A stretch of 64,000 nucleotides of DNA from Waddliaceae bacterium (GTDB lineage: Bacteria; Chlamydiota; Chlamydiia; Chlamydiales; SLFE01), in assembly GCA_963783885.1 (NCBI GenBank), contig CAWAPJ010000010.1:1-64000 (forward strand), given 5' to 3'. Both the position numbers and the translations under genes were made by a program. Below are positions 10,041-19,205 of the stretch, piece by piece (within the stretch, counting starts at the first letter, position 1; each line of letters starts with the position of its first letter). The notes under the pieces were generated by a model. It made no database searches and was not told the DNA's origin. It saw only the letters and a list, made by a program, of their open reading frames with translations.

Positions 10041-11570
10041 TTAAGCGGCTGCTTTGGCACGGCGGCGTTTCCTCCTATAGTTAAGGACAACGTAATAATC
10101 AATCAGCGAGGCAAAAACATTGCCCGTTAGTATTGCAAGCATGACCCCTTCGGGAAATGCCGGATTAATATAGCGAATGACGATAGTGATGATGCCGATA
10201 AGGATTCCATAAACCCACCTTGAAACAGGTCTGTCGGGGGATGAAACCGGATCTGTTGCCATGTAGACAAGGCCGAAAGCAAGACCTCCCAAAATAAGCA
10301 TTTTGTAGGCGGGGAAGCCGAATTGCGCGGCTGTCCAAGCTCCTCCGTCGGGTGCGAGAAACGCCGATCCCCACTCGAACAGACTGGCCGTGCCGAAGGC
10401 GCCGATGGCATAAGCGGCCATCGTTCTCCAGGATCCGATCCCGAAGAAAATGATCAGAAGGGCGCCGATAATGCAGGCAAGAGTGCTGGTTTCTCCCATG
10501 GATCCCAATTTATTTCCTAAAAAGAAAAGCCAGTTTCCATTTGTTTCACCGAGGCCGTATTGAAGGGCGGAGAAATGATAGGCGTCGTAATAATCTCCGA
10601 CGGAAAGTCCCAGACCTCCCTCACTGGCCGGAGAGGTGACGAACGACTGCATCTGGTCCGATGTCAATTGTCCCAATTTCGCCTCGCTTCCTTTGCTCCA
10701 TTTCGAGAAGTATTCCTTGATCAAATCGAAATGGCGGACATTGTCTCCAAGATTGTTTGTCGCAATTGCGTCGACGTGGATCTGCTTGATTTCGGGAGAG
10801 ACATTGAATTGGTTCAATTTGCTTGCCTGAGTATAGCCATCAATAGCCGGGCGTCCCGATTCGGCATTCATTTTGACGAGGCTTTCTCTGACGACAACGG
10901 GATTTCTTCCTACCCAAACTTCCCCGGACATCCTTGTCGGATAGGCAAAGAAGAGAAACGCGCGGCAGCAGAGGGCCGGATTCATAATATTCATACCCGT
11001 TCCTCCAAACAATTCCTTGCTTAGGACAACACCGACAACGACTCCGACAGCAACCATCCAGAGAGGAATTGTGGGGGGAAGAACAAGGGGGAACAGCATC
11101 CCGGTAACCAAAAATCCTTCCGCTACATCGTGGCCGCGGACAACGGCAAAGATCATTTCTGCAACGCCTCCAAAAAGATACGAGACTAAAACGACAGGCA
11201 GGAAGGCGAGGCACCCTTCTTTTAAAATGGTCATCCATCTGTTATCTTTAGCGGCAAAGGCAAAATAGTCGCTTAGCGAATCAAGCGAGGTCAGGTAATC
11301 ATCCATAAGGCTGTAGTTCCCGCTGGAATAGACATAGCTTTGGAGTCCCGTATTCCAAATAGCCATGATGATTGCCGGCACCATTGCAAAGACAACGAGC
11401 AGCATCCACCGTTTTAAATCTGTAGCGTCGCGAATATGAGGCGCGGTTTTTGTATTTTCCGGCGCTTCATAGAGGAATGTGTCGAGGGCGGAAAATGCGG
11501 GACGGAGCTTTTTGAAAACTTTATTCTTTTCCGTAAGAGACATCTGGTAGTCAAGTATCTTTCTAAGCAT
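10041..11570 (-). CDS. nqrB: Na(+)-NQR subunit B
   Basis: PHIRDATDLKRWM, EGFLVTG, KELFGGTGMN, GSMGETS, YMATDPVS. Confidence 0.96.
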   Translation of the reverse strand: MLRKILDYQMSLTEKNKVFKKLRPAFSALDTFLYEAPENTKTAPHIRDATDLKRWMLLVVFAMVPAIIMAIWNTGLQSYVYSSGNYSLMDDYLTSLDSLSDYFAFAAKDNRWMTILKEGCLAFLPVVLVSYLFGGVAEMIFAVVRGHDVAEGFLVTGMLFPLVLPPTIPLWMVAVGVVVGVVLSKELFGGTGMNIMNPALCCRAFLFFAYPTRMSGEVWVGRNPVVVRESLVKMNAESGRPAIDGYTQASKLNQFNVSPEIKQIHVDAIATNNLGDNVRHFDLIKEYFSKWSKGSEAKLGQLTSDQMQSFVTSPASEGGLGLSVGDYYDAYHFSALQYGLGETNGNWLFFLGNKLGSMGETSTLACIIGALLIIFFGIGSWRTMAAYAIGAFGTASLFEWGSAFLAPDGGAWTAAQFGFPAYKMLILGGLAFGLVYMATDPVSSPDRPVSRWVYGILIGIITIVIRYINPAFPEGVMLAILTGNVFASLIDYYVVLNYRRKRRRAKAAA

Positions 11571-11660
11571 GGTCTATATTCCTTATTCTTCCTAAGAGTA
11601 TCAAAAACGGGGTCAAAAATAAAATGAAAAAATCTAGGTATTTTTGGTATAAATAAGCCT

Positions 11661-14600
11661 ATGAAACGACGCAATCTCTTTTTTTTCATTATTTTACCCT
11701 TTTTGCTTTTAGGTTTGGTCGCGGCTTTCTGGAAAAGTCTGCAGCTGACTTTCGTTCATTGGACGCTCAGCGAGTATTGCGAAAAGAATTTCGGTTACCG
11801 AATGAGCTTTGAAAGAATGGCTTTTCTCGAGCAGGATATCATTTTGATCGAGGGGATTACTTTAAGGCCGGCCGACCCCGAGTCCCTCTGCTGGGGAACT
11901 TTGACATGCCCTGCGGCTTACGTGAAAGCCAATCTTGATTTAAGTTCTAAAACCTTTTACAGTCAAATACATCTGCAAAATTTCGAACTAAATCTGGACG
12001 ATGAACCGATTCGCCCGGCCCGGAGCTTGAGCCTGCCTTCGGGTAACCGGGGGTTTATTATCAACCCTTCCATCTCATTATCGGGAGAGGGGGCCGTTCG
12101 GTTTGACGGCCGGCTGAGCGGATGCATACTCGACACTGTGCTTGCAGATGATATCTCCGGAATGGTTCAGCTTGATGAGCTGTCCATCGATATCTGCAGG
12201 TCCAAGGGATCGAAAGAGCTAGTATTTAGGGGAAAAGATCTCAATGCCGCCAATATTGCGGGTTTGGGAAAAGCAGTTGTGCCCGATTGGTTTCCCTGGG
12301 AAGTCAGGCGGGGAAGCCTTTCAGGGGCTTTGGTCTTAAGAAACGGGGTCGTGTATGGCGCTTTGGAGACGGAAAACGTACAGCTTAGCATCGATTCCTT
12401 GTATCTGACGTTTCCTTCCGCGCATATGGACATCGACCAGGGAAGGGGGTATATCGCCTTTGATTCCGCTCTTATAGAAAATTCCAGCAATAGGATTACC
12501 GATATAAACGGAACCGTCGAATTCGACGGGACGGAGTGGAGTTTGAAAAGCGAAGGAAATTTCCGCGGAATGAAAGCATGGGCCGATCTCAAATCTTCGG
12601 GATTGGATTTTTATGAGGGGTCGCTTGTTAAGTTGGAATCGGAACGAACTCGCGGAACTTTGTATCTTTCAGGACAAAAAGGAAGGGTGGAATATTCAGG
12701 CAGCAGCAGTATTTTCGGGCTGCCGATCGAGCCCGGGGAATTGCTTGTTCGGGCGGAATTGACGAATGTCTGCGGAGATCTTGCCCTCTCGGAGATTGTG
12801 TTTGAGGGAAAAACCGAGGATTTTGCCTTCAATGGAGATGACTGGACATTTGAGCTTTCTTCATCCTCTTCATTTGTTATCAGAATGGACGACAATCGAG
12901 AATGTATCGATTTTTCCGGCAGCTTTAGCAAGGGAAAGTTTATTTATATGCCTGCAAATTTTATTTTAGATGATATCGCCTCGTCTTTTCAGGGAACCGA
13001 CAGGCAAATTTCATTTGAAAATATCCGGGCTTCTTGCGGCGATGTCGCCCTTGGCGGCGATGTGTCGATGACCTTAAAACCTTTCTTCGACATTGAGATC
13101 TATCAGCACACGCTGCAGGGAAAAATTTCCGATGTTCAGCAGATATTCGGAAAATTCGGAATCGATTCCTCTCTATTTTTACTTCCGGTTGCAGGAGACC
13201 TTACCTACCAGGATGAGGGGGCTTTTTTTAAATGGAGCGAGTCGGATCGGGTATTTTCCGGAACTGTTGGGGCAACTCTGCAAAGCGGAACTCTTGAGTT
13301 TGCCGATTATGACTTTTCGCTGCATGACCTGACTCTGAACTTTGTGTATGATATTGCTTCGGATTTTTTGGATATTCGCGGAGGGACAGGCAGTTTTCGG
13401 TTGGGTGAAAACAATGATCTTGGTTTTGTTGTCGATCACATCGTTTGTTCGGAACTTTCCAAAGGGGTCTGTAATTTTGATTTTTGGTGCGGGGATAAAA
13501 AAAGGGACAGAATTCGGGTTTGCGGAAAAAGTATCAGAAAAGGGAGAGAGCTTTCGGTTCAATTCGATGAGGAGGCGACTCATTTCGGAACTCTCTATCC
13601 CGACAAGATGTCAATTTCCATTGACGAGGCGGGATCCTTAAAGGGTTGGGATTTGGATTTGAATTTTTCGTGGCAGGAGTCTAAAAACGAATTGCTGCAA
13701 CTGCTTGGCACTTCCTTATTTCCATTTCATCATAACCTTCATTTACTGCTTTTCCGCACAGACATCATGGAAGGGGATTTCGGGGTAAACATCTGCTATG
13801 ATAAAAATCTGGAAACATTGGATTTCAGCATTTTAGGAAAAGAGCTCCTGTTTGGGGATTGGGCTGTCAACCAATTCAAATTTCAGGGATGCTGCTGCCG
13901 CGATCAGTGGAGAATTCACAAATGTGAATTTGACAATCTATCCATTGCTGCTGATTTGGCTTTGGATAAAGATTGCTATCGTGTCAGTTTTTTGGGATGC
14001 CGTTTGGGAAACATCTCTTTGCTGGGTATGGACGGAAAATTTTTTCCGAAAAAAAATCTGGTGGAAGCGAATGTCAATCTTGTAGATATCAATCTTGCCG
14101 AACTTCACAATATTAAACCTTTAAAAGCATTCGCCAATAAGTTTCAACCCCGGGGGGAGGCACGGGCGAATTCCGGAAAACTCATTATACAGATTGCGGA
14201 AAACGACTGGTCAATGGATTTATCTTTTATCGCGTCTCTGAAAAATTTTTCCCTGCAGGGGATCCCTTTTCGAGATACTGAAACTATGGAAGTTGCATTT
14301 CAAACGGATAAAAAGCTCACTATAAAAAACCTACGGCCTTCTGCCGGCAATGAAAAAGATTCCTTTTTCCTCGAGTTAGAGAAAGCTGTTTTTGACCTCA
14401 GCTATAACAAGATTGATATCAAGGGGTTGCATTTCTGCTCTCCTGCCTCGAAATCGGAATGGATTGTGGGTTTTTTAAGGAACTCATTTCCCGGGGCCGT
14501 CAATGCTTCGCTTGCGGGCTTCTTAGATGAAATTAAGGCTGGAAATTCTTTTGATGGAGTTTTGGACTTTAAGTTAAATCCTGTTTCCAGTTTTTTATCC

Positions 14601-15590
14601 GTTCATCTGAAGGACGGAGTCTACCAGTTTTTAGGTAAAACTTATTGTCTAAAGGATTTTTGCTTTTGTAAAAGAGATCAGGAAATTGAAGTGATGGCTA
14701 AATGCTTCGCTCTCAATCAATGGTTTGAGCTTCAAACACGATTTTTAGGAAAAGCTTTTCCGCATGGGGTGCTTGAAGTGCGCAGTCCCGAAGTTTTTGA
14801 TTCTCCTCCATTAAACATTTTTTGGAGAAAGGGGGAGGCTTTGGAAATAGAAAGAGTCAATGGGACTCTTGCAGGCTGCCGCATCGACCTGGAACCTGCC
14901 CAAAACGGTTTGAAAGGGAGTGTCAAAAAGGACGGCTTTTCAGGAGAACTTGAAGCAACAGGCAGCCGGATTCTTTGCCGCAACGTCCAGGGGGAGATGA
15001 TGAGCGGCACTTTTTTTTGTCCTTATGCTGAAATTTGCGAGAACAATCGGATGTGGGAAATATCTATTCCGAAAATTTTCGCTCAAAGGCTGCATTTAGG
15101 TCTTCTACCCGGTTGGGAAGAATTTTTTGATCATTCATTGGTTGTCGATTCGTTGGAAATTTCCGATCTTCACGGGCCTCAGGATGATTTGAGACGATTT
15201 GAGTGCCGGGGCAAGGCTTCCTTTTCCAGCGACGAAAAACAAAAGAAAATGTTTCCTTTCGTTAAGGAGAAAATTAAAGGCATCTCAGCTTTGAGGCCCT
15301 CTTCAGGAGACATTGAATTTTATTTGGATTCAGGTAATCTAGTCTTGTCTGAGGTGCATAATATGATTGACGGAAGGCAGTTATTTCGTTACACGCTTCC
15401 TTCATATTATTCGAATCATATCAGCGCCGATGGGAGTGTGTTTTTGGTTTTTAACTTAGTTCCCCATAACTCAAAAGTAAGAGTGGAAGATTTTATTTCC
15501 GTTGTGATTGAAGGGACGGTTGACTGTCCTGTTTTTTCTCTGAAGAAGACAACCGAAATGCAGCAAGTCACTCAATATTTGTCCGAATAA
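11661..15590 (+). CDS. Large membrane-anchored beta-rich hypothetical protein (possibly AsmA/TamB-like)
   Basis: 1309-aa ORF with an N-terminal TM anchor followed by long amphipathic beta-strand patterns. Confidence 0.6.
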   Translation: MKRRNLFFFIILPFLLLGLVAAFWKSLQLTFVHWTLSEYCEKNFGYRMSFERMAFLEQDIILIEGITLRPADPESLCWGTLTCPAAYVKANLDLSSKTFYSQIHLQNFELNLDDEPIRPARSLSLPSGNRGFIINPSISLSGEGAVRFDGRLSGCILDTVLADDISGMVQLDELSIDICRSKGSKELVFRGKDLNAANIAGLGKAVVPDWFPWEVRRGSLSGALVLRNGVVYGALETENVQLSIDSLYLTFPSAHMDIDQGRGYIAFDSALIENSSNRITDINGTVEFDGTEWSLKSEGNFRGMKAWADLKSSGLDFYEGSLVKLESERTRGTLYLSGQKGRVEYSGSSSIFGLPIEPGELLVRAELTNVCGDLALSEIVFEGKTEDFAFNGDDWTFELSSSSSFVIRMDDNRECIDFSGSFSKGKFIYMPANFILDDIASSFQGTDRQISFENIRASCGDVALGGDVSMTLKPFFDIEIYQHTLQGKISDVQQIFGKFGIDSSLFLLPVAGDLTYQDEGAFFKWSESDRVFSGTVGATLQSGTLEFADYDFSLHDLTLNFVYDIASDFLDIRGGTGSFRLGENNDLGFVVDHIVCSELSKGVCNFDFWCGDKKRDRIRVCGKSIRKGRELSVQFDEEATHFGTLYPDKMSISIDEAGSLKGWDLDLNFSWQESKNELLQLLGTSLFPFHHNLHLLLFRTDIMEGDFGVNICYDKNLETLDFSILGKELLFGDWAVNQFKFQGCCCRDQWRIHKCEFDNLSIAADLALDKDCYRVSFLGCRLGNISLLGMDGKFFPKKNLVEANVNLVDINLAELHNIKPLKAFANKFQPRGEARANSGKLIIQIAENDWSMDLSFIASLKNFSLQGIPFRDTETMEVAFQTDKKLTIKNLRPSAGNEKDSFFLELEKAVFDLSYNKIDIKGLHFCSPASKSEWIVGFLRNSFPGAVNASLAGFLDEIKAGNSFDGVLDFKLNPVSSFLSVHLKDGVYQFLGKTYCLKDFCFCKRDQEIEVMAKCFALNQWFELQTRFLGKAFPHGVLEVRSPEVFDSPPLNIFWRKGEALEIERVNGTLAGCRIDLEPAQNGLKGSVKKDGFSGELEATGSRILCRNVQGEMMSGTFFCPYAEICENNRMWEISIPKIFAQRLHLGLLPGWEEFFDHSLVVDSLEISDLHGPQDDLRRFECRGKASFSSDEKQKKMFPFVKEKIKGISALRPSSGDIEFYLDSGNLVLSEVHNMIDGRQLFRYTLPSYYSNHISADGSVFLVFNLVPHNSKVRVEDFISVVIEGTVDCPVFSLKKTTEMQQVTQYLSE

Positions 15591-16294
15591 TGATTAAAGC
15601 GCTGCTTTCTTTTCTGTATCCCCCCAATTGCTTGGCATGCGGTGGGGCGTGCCGGATTCCCGAGCATAGACTCTGCGAATCCTGCGTCTCTTTACTCGAG
15701 CTTGTCAATCCTTTAGAGCGCTGCCGAAGGTGCTTCTCCCCTATTGATTCTTTAAAGTGCCGGTTCTGCGCTAAGGTTGCCCATCCTTTTTCGGGGGTGG
15801 CCTCTGCCTTTGAGTTTAAAGGCCCGCCCTCTATGCTTGTGAACCATTTGAAAAATCAGAGGCAGCACTATTTGGCCAAGTCGCTTGCTGCCTTTTTAAT
15901 TATGCAATTCCTCAGGCTTGATTGGCCCCTTCCCGATGCAGTTATCTCTGTTCCCATCCCTTTTGTTCATCGTTTATTTCATGGAGCCGGCCCGGGGGCA
16001 TTAATCGGCAGGGAAGTGGCCCATTTTCTGAGGCGTCCCTTCATCGATGGCATCAAGTGCGTCGTTGATAGACATTCATCTTTTCGTTTTTCTTTGAAAC
16101 CTTCTTTAGAAATTCAGGATAAGACTCTATTGCTGATCGATGACGTTATCAAGCCCGGGGAAGCTATTTTTTCTTGCGGGGAAAAGCTTTTGGAAGGTTT
16201 CCCTAAATGCCTTTATGGCCTTGCTGCCATGTTAGATCCATCGTTTTATTCTGAAGAACAGAAGCATCGAGCCGCTGATGGCAAGCATAAATAA
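15590..16294 (+). CDS. comF: ComF family protein (double zinc ribbon plus PRTase-like domain)
   Basis: LYPPNCLACG...LCESC...CRRC...CRFC and LLLIDDV. Confidence 0.8.
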   Translation: MIKALLSFLYPPNCLACGGACRIPEHRLCESCVSLLELVNPLERCRRCFSPIDSLKCRFCAKVAHPFSGVASAFEFKGPPSMLVNHLKNQRQHYLAKSLAAFLIMQFLRLDWPLPDAVISVPIPFVHRLFHGAGPGALIGREVAHFLRRPFIDGIKCVVDRHSSFRFSLKPSLEIQDKTLLLIDDVIKPGEAIFSCGEKLLEGFPKCLYGLAAMLDPSFYSEEQKHRAADGKHK

Positions 16295-17293
16295 GGCTAT
16301 TAAAGAAAAGCCCCACGTATTGTGGATTCCCGGCATAAAATCAAAATTCATACCATAAACCCCGGTCAAAAATGTAATGGGGGCAAATATTGTGGCCACG
16401 ACCGTTAAGACTTTCATGATTTCATTGAGCCTTTGACTGATAGTCGACATATAGATCTCGAGCATTCCTCCGACAATATCTCGAAAGCCTTCGATCGTAT
16501 CGATTGCCTGGATGGTGTGGTCGTAGACGTCGTGGATATAAAAATGGATTTCTTTTTGAATGAGACGCGAGTCCAGTCGCATAAATTGGCTGATCAATTC
16601 TCTCATTGGCCAAACCGTGCGTCTCAAAATCGTCATCTCTCTTTTGATTTTTTGGATTTTATAAAGAGTGTTCGTTGAAGGATCATGAACCAATTCATCT
16701 TCGAGTTTTCCAAGCTTTTCATCAACCTGCGCCAGGATGACAAAATATTTATCGACGATGATGTCAATTAAGGTGTAGGTTAAATAATCGGCTCCAAGTC
16801 TTCTGATTCTGTTATTTCCCCTTCTGATTCTATCTTTGATAGGACTGATGATCCCAGCCTCAACATTGAAAAACGAGATCACATAATTCTTGCCTAAAAT
16901 TATGCTCACCTGATAATCGGCGACTTTTTTGGTTTTCTTGTCAAAATCCAGAAGGCGCAAGATAATGAAGACATTGTCTTCATAAGTTTCTATCTTGGAT
17001 CTTTCTCCCGAACTGGCTATATCCTCTAGAAGAAGCGGGTGAAGTTCAAAAATTTTTCCTATTTTTTCCATGGCGGATGGATTGTGAGTTCCGGTAACAT
17101 TGATCCATGTCACACCTTCTTTATTCAGATATTTAAGGCAATCTTCAATATGAATGTTCTCATGCTCTTCGATTGTCTGCTGATTATAATAAGTTAAAGA
17201 GATGAGAAGATTCTCAATTTCATCACCAGGATGAAGCTTCAAACTTCCCGGCGGAGATCCGATTGAGTTGTCTATATCCTGACTCATAACCAT
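16232..17293 (-). CDS. corA: Magnesium/cobalt transporter CorA
   Basis: LHPLLLEDI, NEIMKVLT and signature GVYGMNF. Confidence 0.95.
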   Translation of the reverse strand: MVMSQDIDNSIGSPPGSLKLHPGDEIENLLISLTYYNQQTIEEHENIHIEDCLKYLNKEGVTWINVTGTHNPSAMEKIGKIFELHPLLLEDIASSGERSKIETYEDNVFIILRLLDFDKKTKKVADYQVSIILGKNYVISFFNVEAGIISPIKDRIRRGNNRIRRLGADYLTYTLIDIIVDKYFVILAQVDEKLGKLEDELVHDPSTNTLYKIQKIKREMTILRRTVWPMRELISQFMRLDSRLIQKEIHFYIHDVYDHTIQAIDTIEGFRDIVGGMLEIYMSTISQRLNEIMKVLTVVATIFAPITFLTGVYGMNFDFMPGIHNTWGFSLIALFMLAISGSMLLFFRIKRWI

Positions 17294-17341
17294 TCTACTG
17301 TGAGAGGCTCTCTGCAGCTCACTGTAGCACAAATGTTTTTA

Positions 17342-17506
17342 GAGGGAATTGCAAAAACTTTGGCAGACCGCTTTTTGGCTCTTGCACCGACCTTGGCCAT
17401 TTTGCTTAGAAGCCCCTACTCTCCAGAGTATGTGAATTTTAAGAAAATGGCCAGTTTCGGCAAAATAGCTCAAAAATTGGTTGTGCCGGAGTTTTGCAAT
17501 TCCCTC
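17342..17506. mobile_element. MITE family B copy
   Basis: TIR GAGGGAATTGCAAAA / TTTTGCAATTCCCTC flanked by TTTA on both sides; homologous to 27581-27743; abuts the dnaA stop. Confidence 0.87.
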
Positions 17507-17507
17507 T

Positions 17508-18857
17508 TTAGACTTCCAAATTGCGTTTTACGAGGTCAATTTGCCGCTTAAGTCTCTCATCTTCTTTGATTTTTTGTTCTATAGCCCTGCAGGCATGCAG
17601 AATAGTAGAATGGGTTTTATTGAAATAGACCCCTAACGACATCAAAGAGTCGTTGACCAGCATTTTAGAGAGATACATGGCTACCTGGCGCGCTATGGCG
17701 ACCGTTTTTGTGCGCGCGGATCCCTTTAGATCGCTTACACGAACCTGAAATATGGTGGCGACGCTTTTGAGGATTTGTTCCACGGTGATGGTTTGTTTTG
17801 GAGACTGCTGGAACATCTCTCCCAAAGTGTTGATGACCAAGTCGCGGGTGATTGATGTATTGAGAAGGCGGCTATGAGCATTCAAACGGTTGATAGCTCC
17901 TTCCAGCTGCCTTACATTATTATAAAGATGTTCGGCGATAAAGAAGGCGATGTCATTGGGAAGGTCAAGTCCTTTTTGCTCGGATTTGTGCTTCAGTATG
18001 GCAACGCGCGTTTCGAGATCAGGTATCCCCATGTGGGCCACAAGGCCCCACTCCATTCTGGCCTTCATCCTTTCGGATAGCTTCAATTGAGATGGAGGTT
18101 TATCGCAGGTCAAGACAACTTGTTTACCATTGTTGGCGTAATGGTCGAGCAAGATGCAGAACTCCTCTTCGAAGTTAAGTCTGTTTTGAAGGAATTGTAT
18201 ATCGTCGATAAGCAGGACGTCGACATCGGAGCGGTAGAACCGTTTCATCTTATCAACGGTTTTTCTTCTCAGGTTTTCCACCAGGTCATTGATAAATCCT
18301 TCCGTAGTGATCAACTGGATTCGCTTTTTCTTATCGCTTGAGGCAATATGATGCCCTATGCTGTGGAGGATGTGTGTTTTTCCAAGTCCCACTCCGCCGT
18401 GAATGAAAAGGGGATTGTAAGATTTTCCGGGACGGTTGGCCACTCCCATGGCAGCAGATTTGATAAACTGGTTCGAAGATCCTTCGATGAAAGTTGAAAA
18501 CTTGTAGCGATGGTTCAGTTTGACTTCATAAAAATTCGATTGAGGTGAAGGCGGGGGGGCAGGTTTGGTTTTAACTATCGGAGTGGAAGCAGGCTCAGCT
18601 GCCGGCGCTTCGATGATAAAGTTTATGGCGGGATCGCCATTTTCTCGAACCGGCAAAAACATTCCGAGTTCTTTTTTATAATTGGATAGGAGGTACTCCT
18701 GAACAAAGATATTGGGAACGACCAGGGTGATATCTTCTTCAGTTGCTTCTTTCACAACTATAGGGGCAAGCCAGTTCCCGTATGCTGCAGCGGAGCAGCG
18801 CTCTTTGACATAGGTTAAAAATTGTGTCCAGGATTCCTGAGTATCACAAGCGAGCAT
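17508..18857 (-). CDS. dnaA: Chromosomal replication initiator DnaA
   Basis: YNPLFIHGGVGLGKTH, LLIDDIQ, NVRQLEGA and ARQVAMYL. Confidence 0.97.
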   Translation of the reverse strand: MLACDTQESWTQFLTYVKERCSAAAYGNWLAPIVVKEATEEDITLVVPNIFVQEYLLSNYKKELGMFLPVRENGDPAINFIIEAPAAEPASTPIVKTKPAPPPSPQSNFYEVKLNHRYKFSTFIEGSSNQFIKSAAMGVANRPGKSYNPLFIHGGVGLGKTHILHSIGHHIASSDKKKRIQLITTEGFINDLVENLRRKTVDKMKRFYRSDVDVLLIDDIQFLQNRLNFEEEFCILLDHYANNGKQVVLTCDKPPSQLKLSERMKARMEWGLVAHMGIPDLETRVAILKHKSEQKGLDLPNDIAFFIAEHLYNNVRQLEGAINRLNAHSRLLNTSITRDLVINTLGEMFQQSPKQTITVEQILKSVATIFQVRVSDLKGSARTKTVAIARQVAMYLSKMLVNDSLMSLGVYFNKTHSTILHACRAIEQKIKEDERLKRQIDLVKRNLEV

Positions 18858-19039
18858 AGTTTCGTTTCCTTCAAGTCTTAAAAAGTCGGCAAATTTGATT
18901 AGCTATTGGACAATTCCAGCGATGTCTAACCTTATTATGTCTTCAGCAGCTAACATTGAAAACTCTGCCAGTCCTTTTATTATTTGTTACAAGTTTTTTT
19001 CATTTTTTTTCCTCAAAAGGGTTGAAGGAAAAATCAAAA

Positions 19040-19080
19040 TAAGTTATGAACATTGTTTCCACAACCTGTTCTCAGGCTGT
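19040..19080. promoter_or_regulatory. Possible DnaA-box cluster upstream of dnaA
   Basis: Near-consensus boxes TTATGAACA and GTTTCCACA in tandem in an AT-rich intergenic region. Confidence 0.4.
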
Positions 19081-19205
19081 TTCAATCAAGAATCTATCAT
19101 TTGGTTTGATACGTTGCAACAAAAAATCCGGCCATTTTTTTTCCTGAAAAACTAAGTTGCTGATAATCAAATGAGGCAAATTGAAAAAAAAATGAGACCG
19201 CATTT

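Noticed and set aside
16232-16294. 63-bp convergent comF/corA overlap
   Set aside because: Most simply a stop-codon extension; nothing supports a function.
17300-17551. 83-aa ORF
   Set aside because: It reads through MITE B and antisense to dnaA.
18895-19155. 86-aa ORF or oriC upstream of dnaA
   Set aside because: It is a low-complexity AT-rich ORF without an RBS, and there are too few good DnaA boxes to call an origin.
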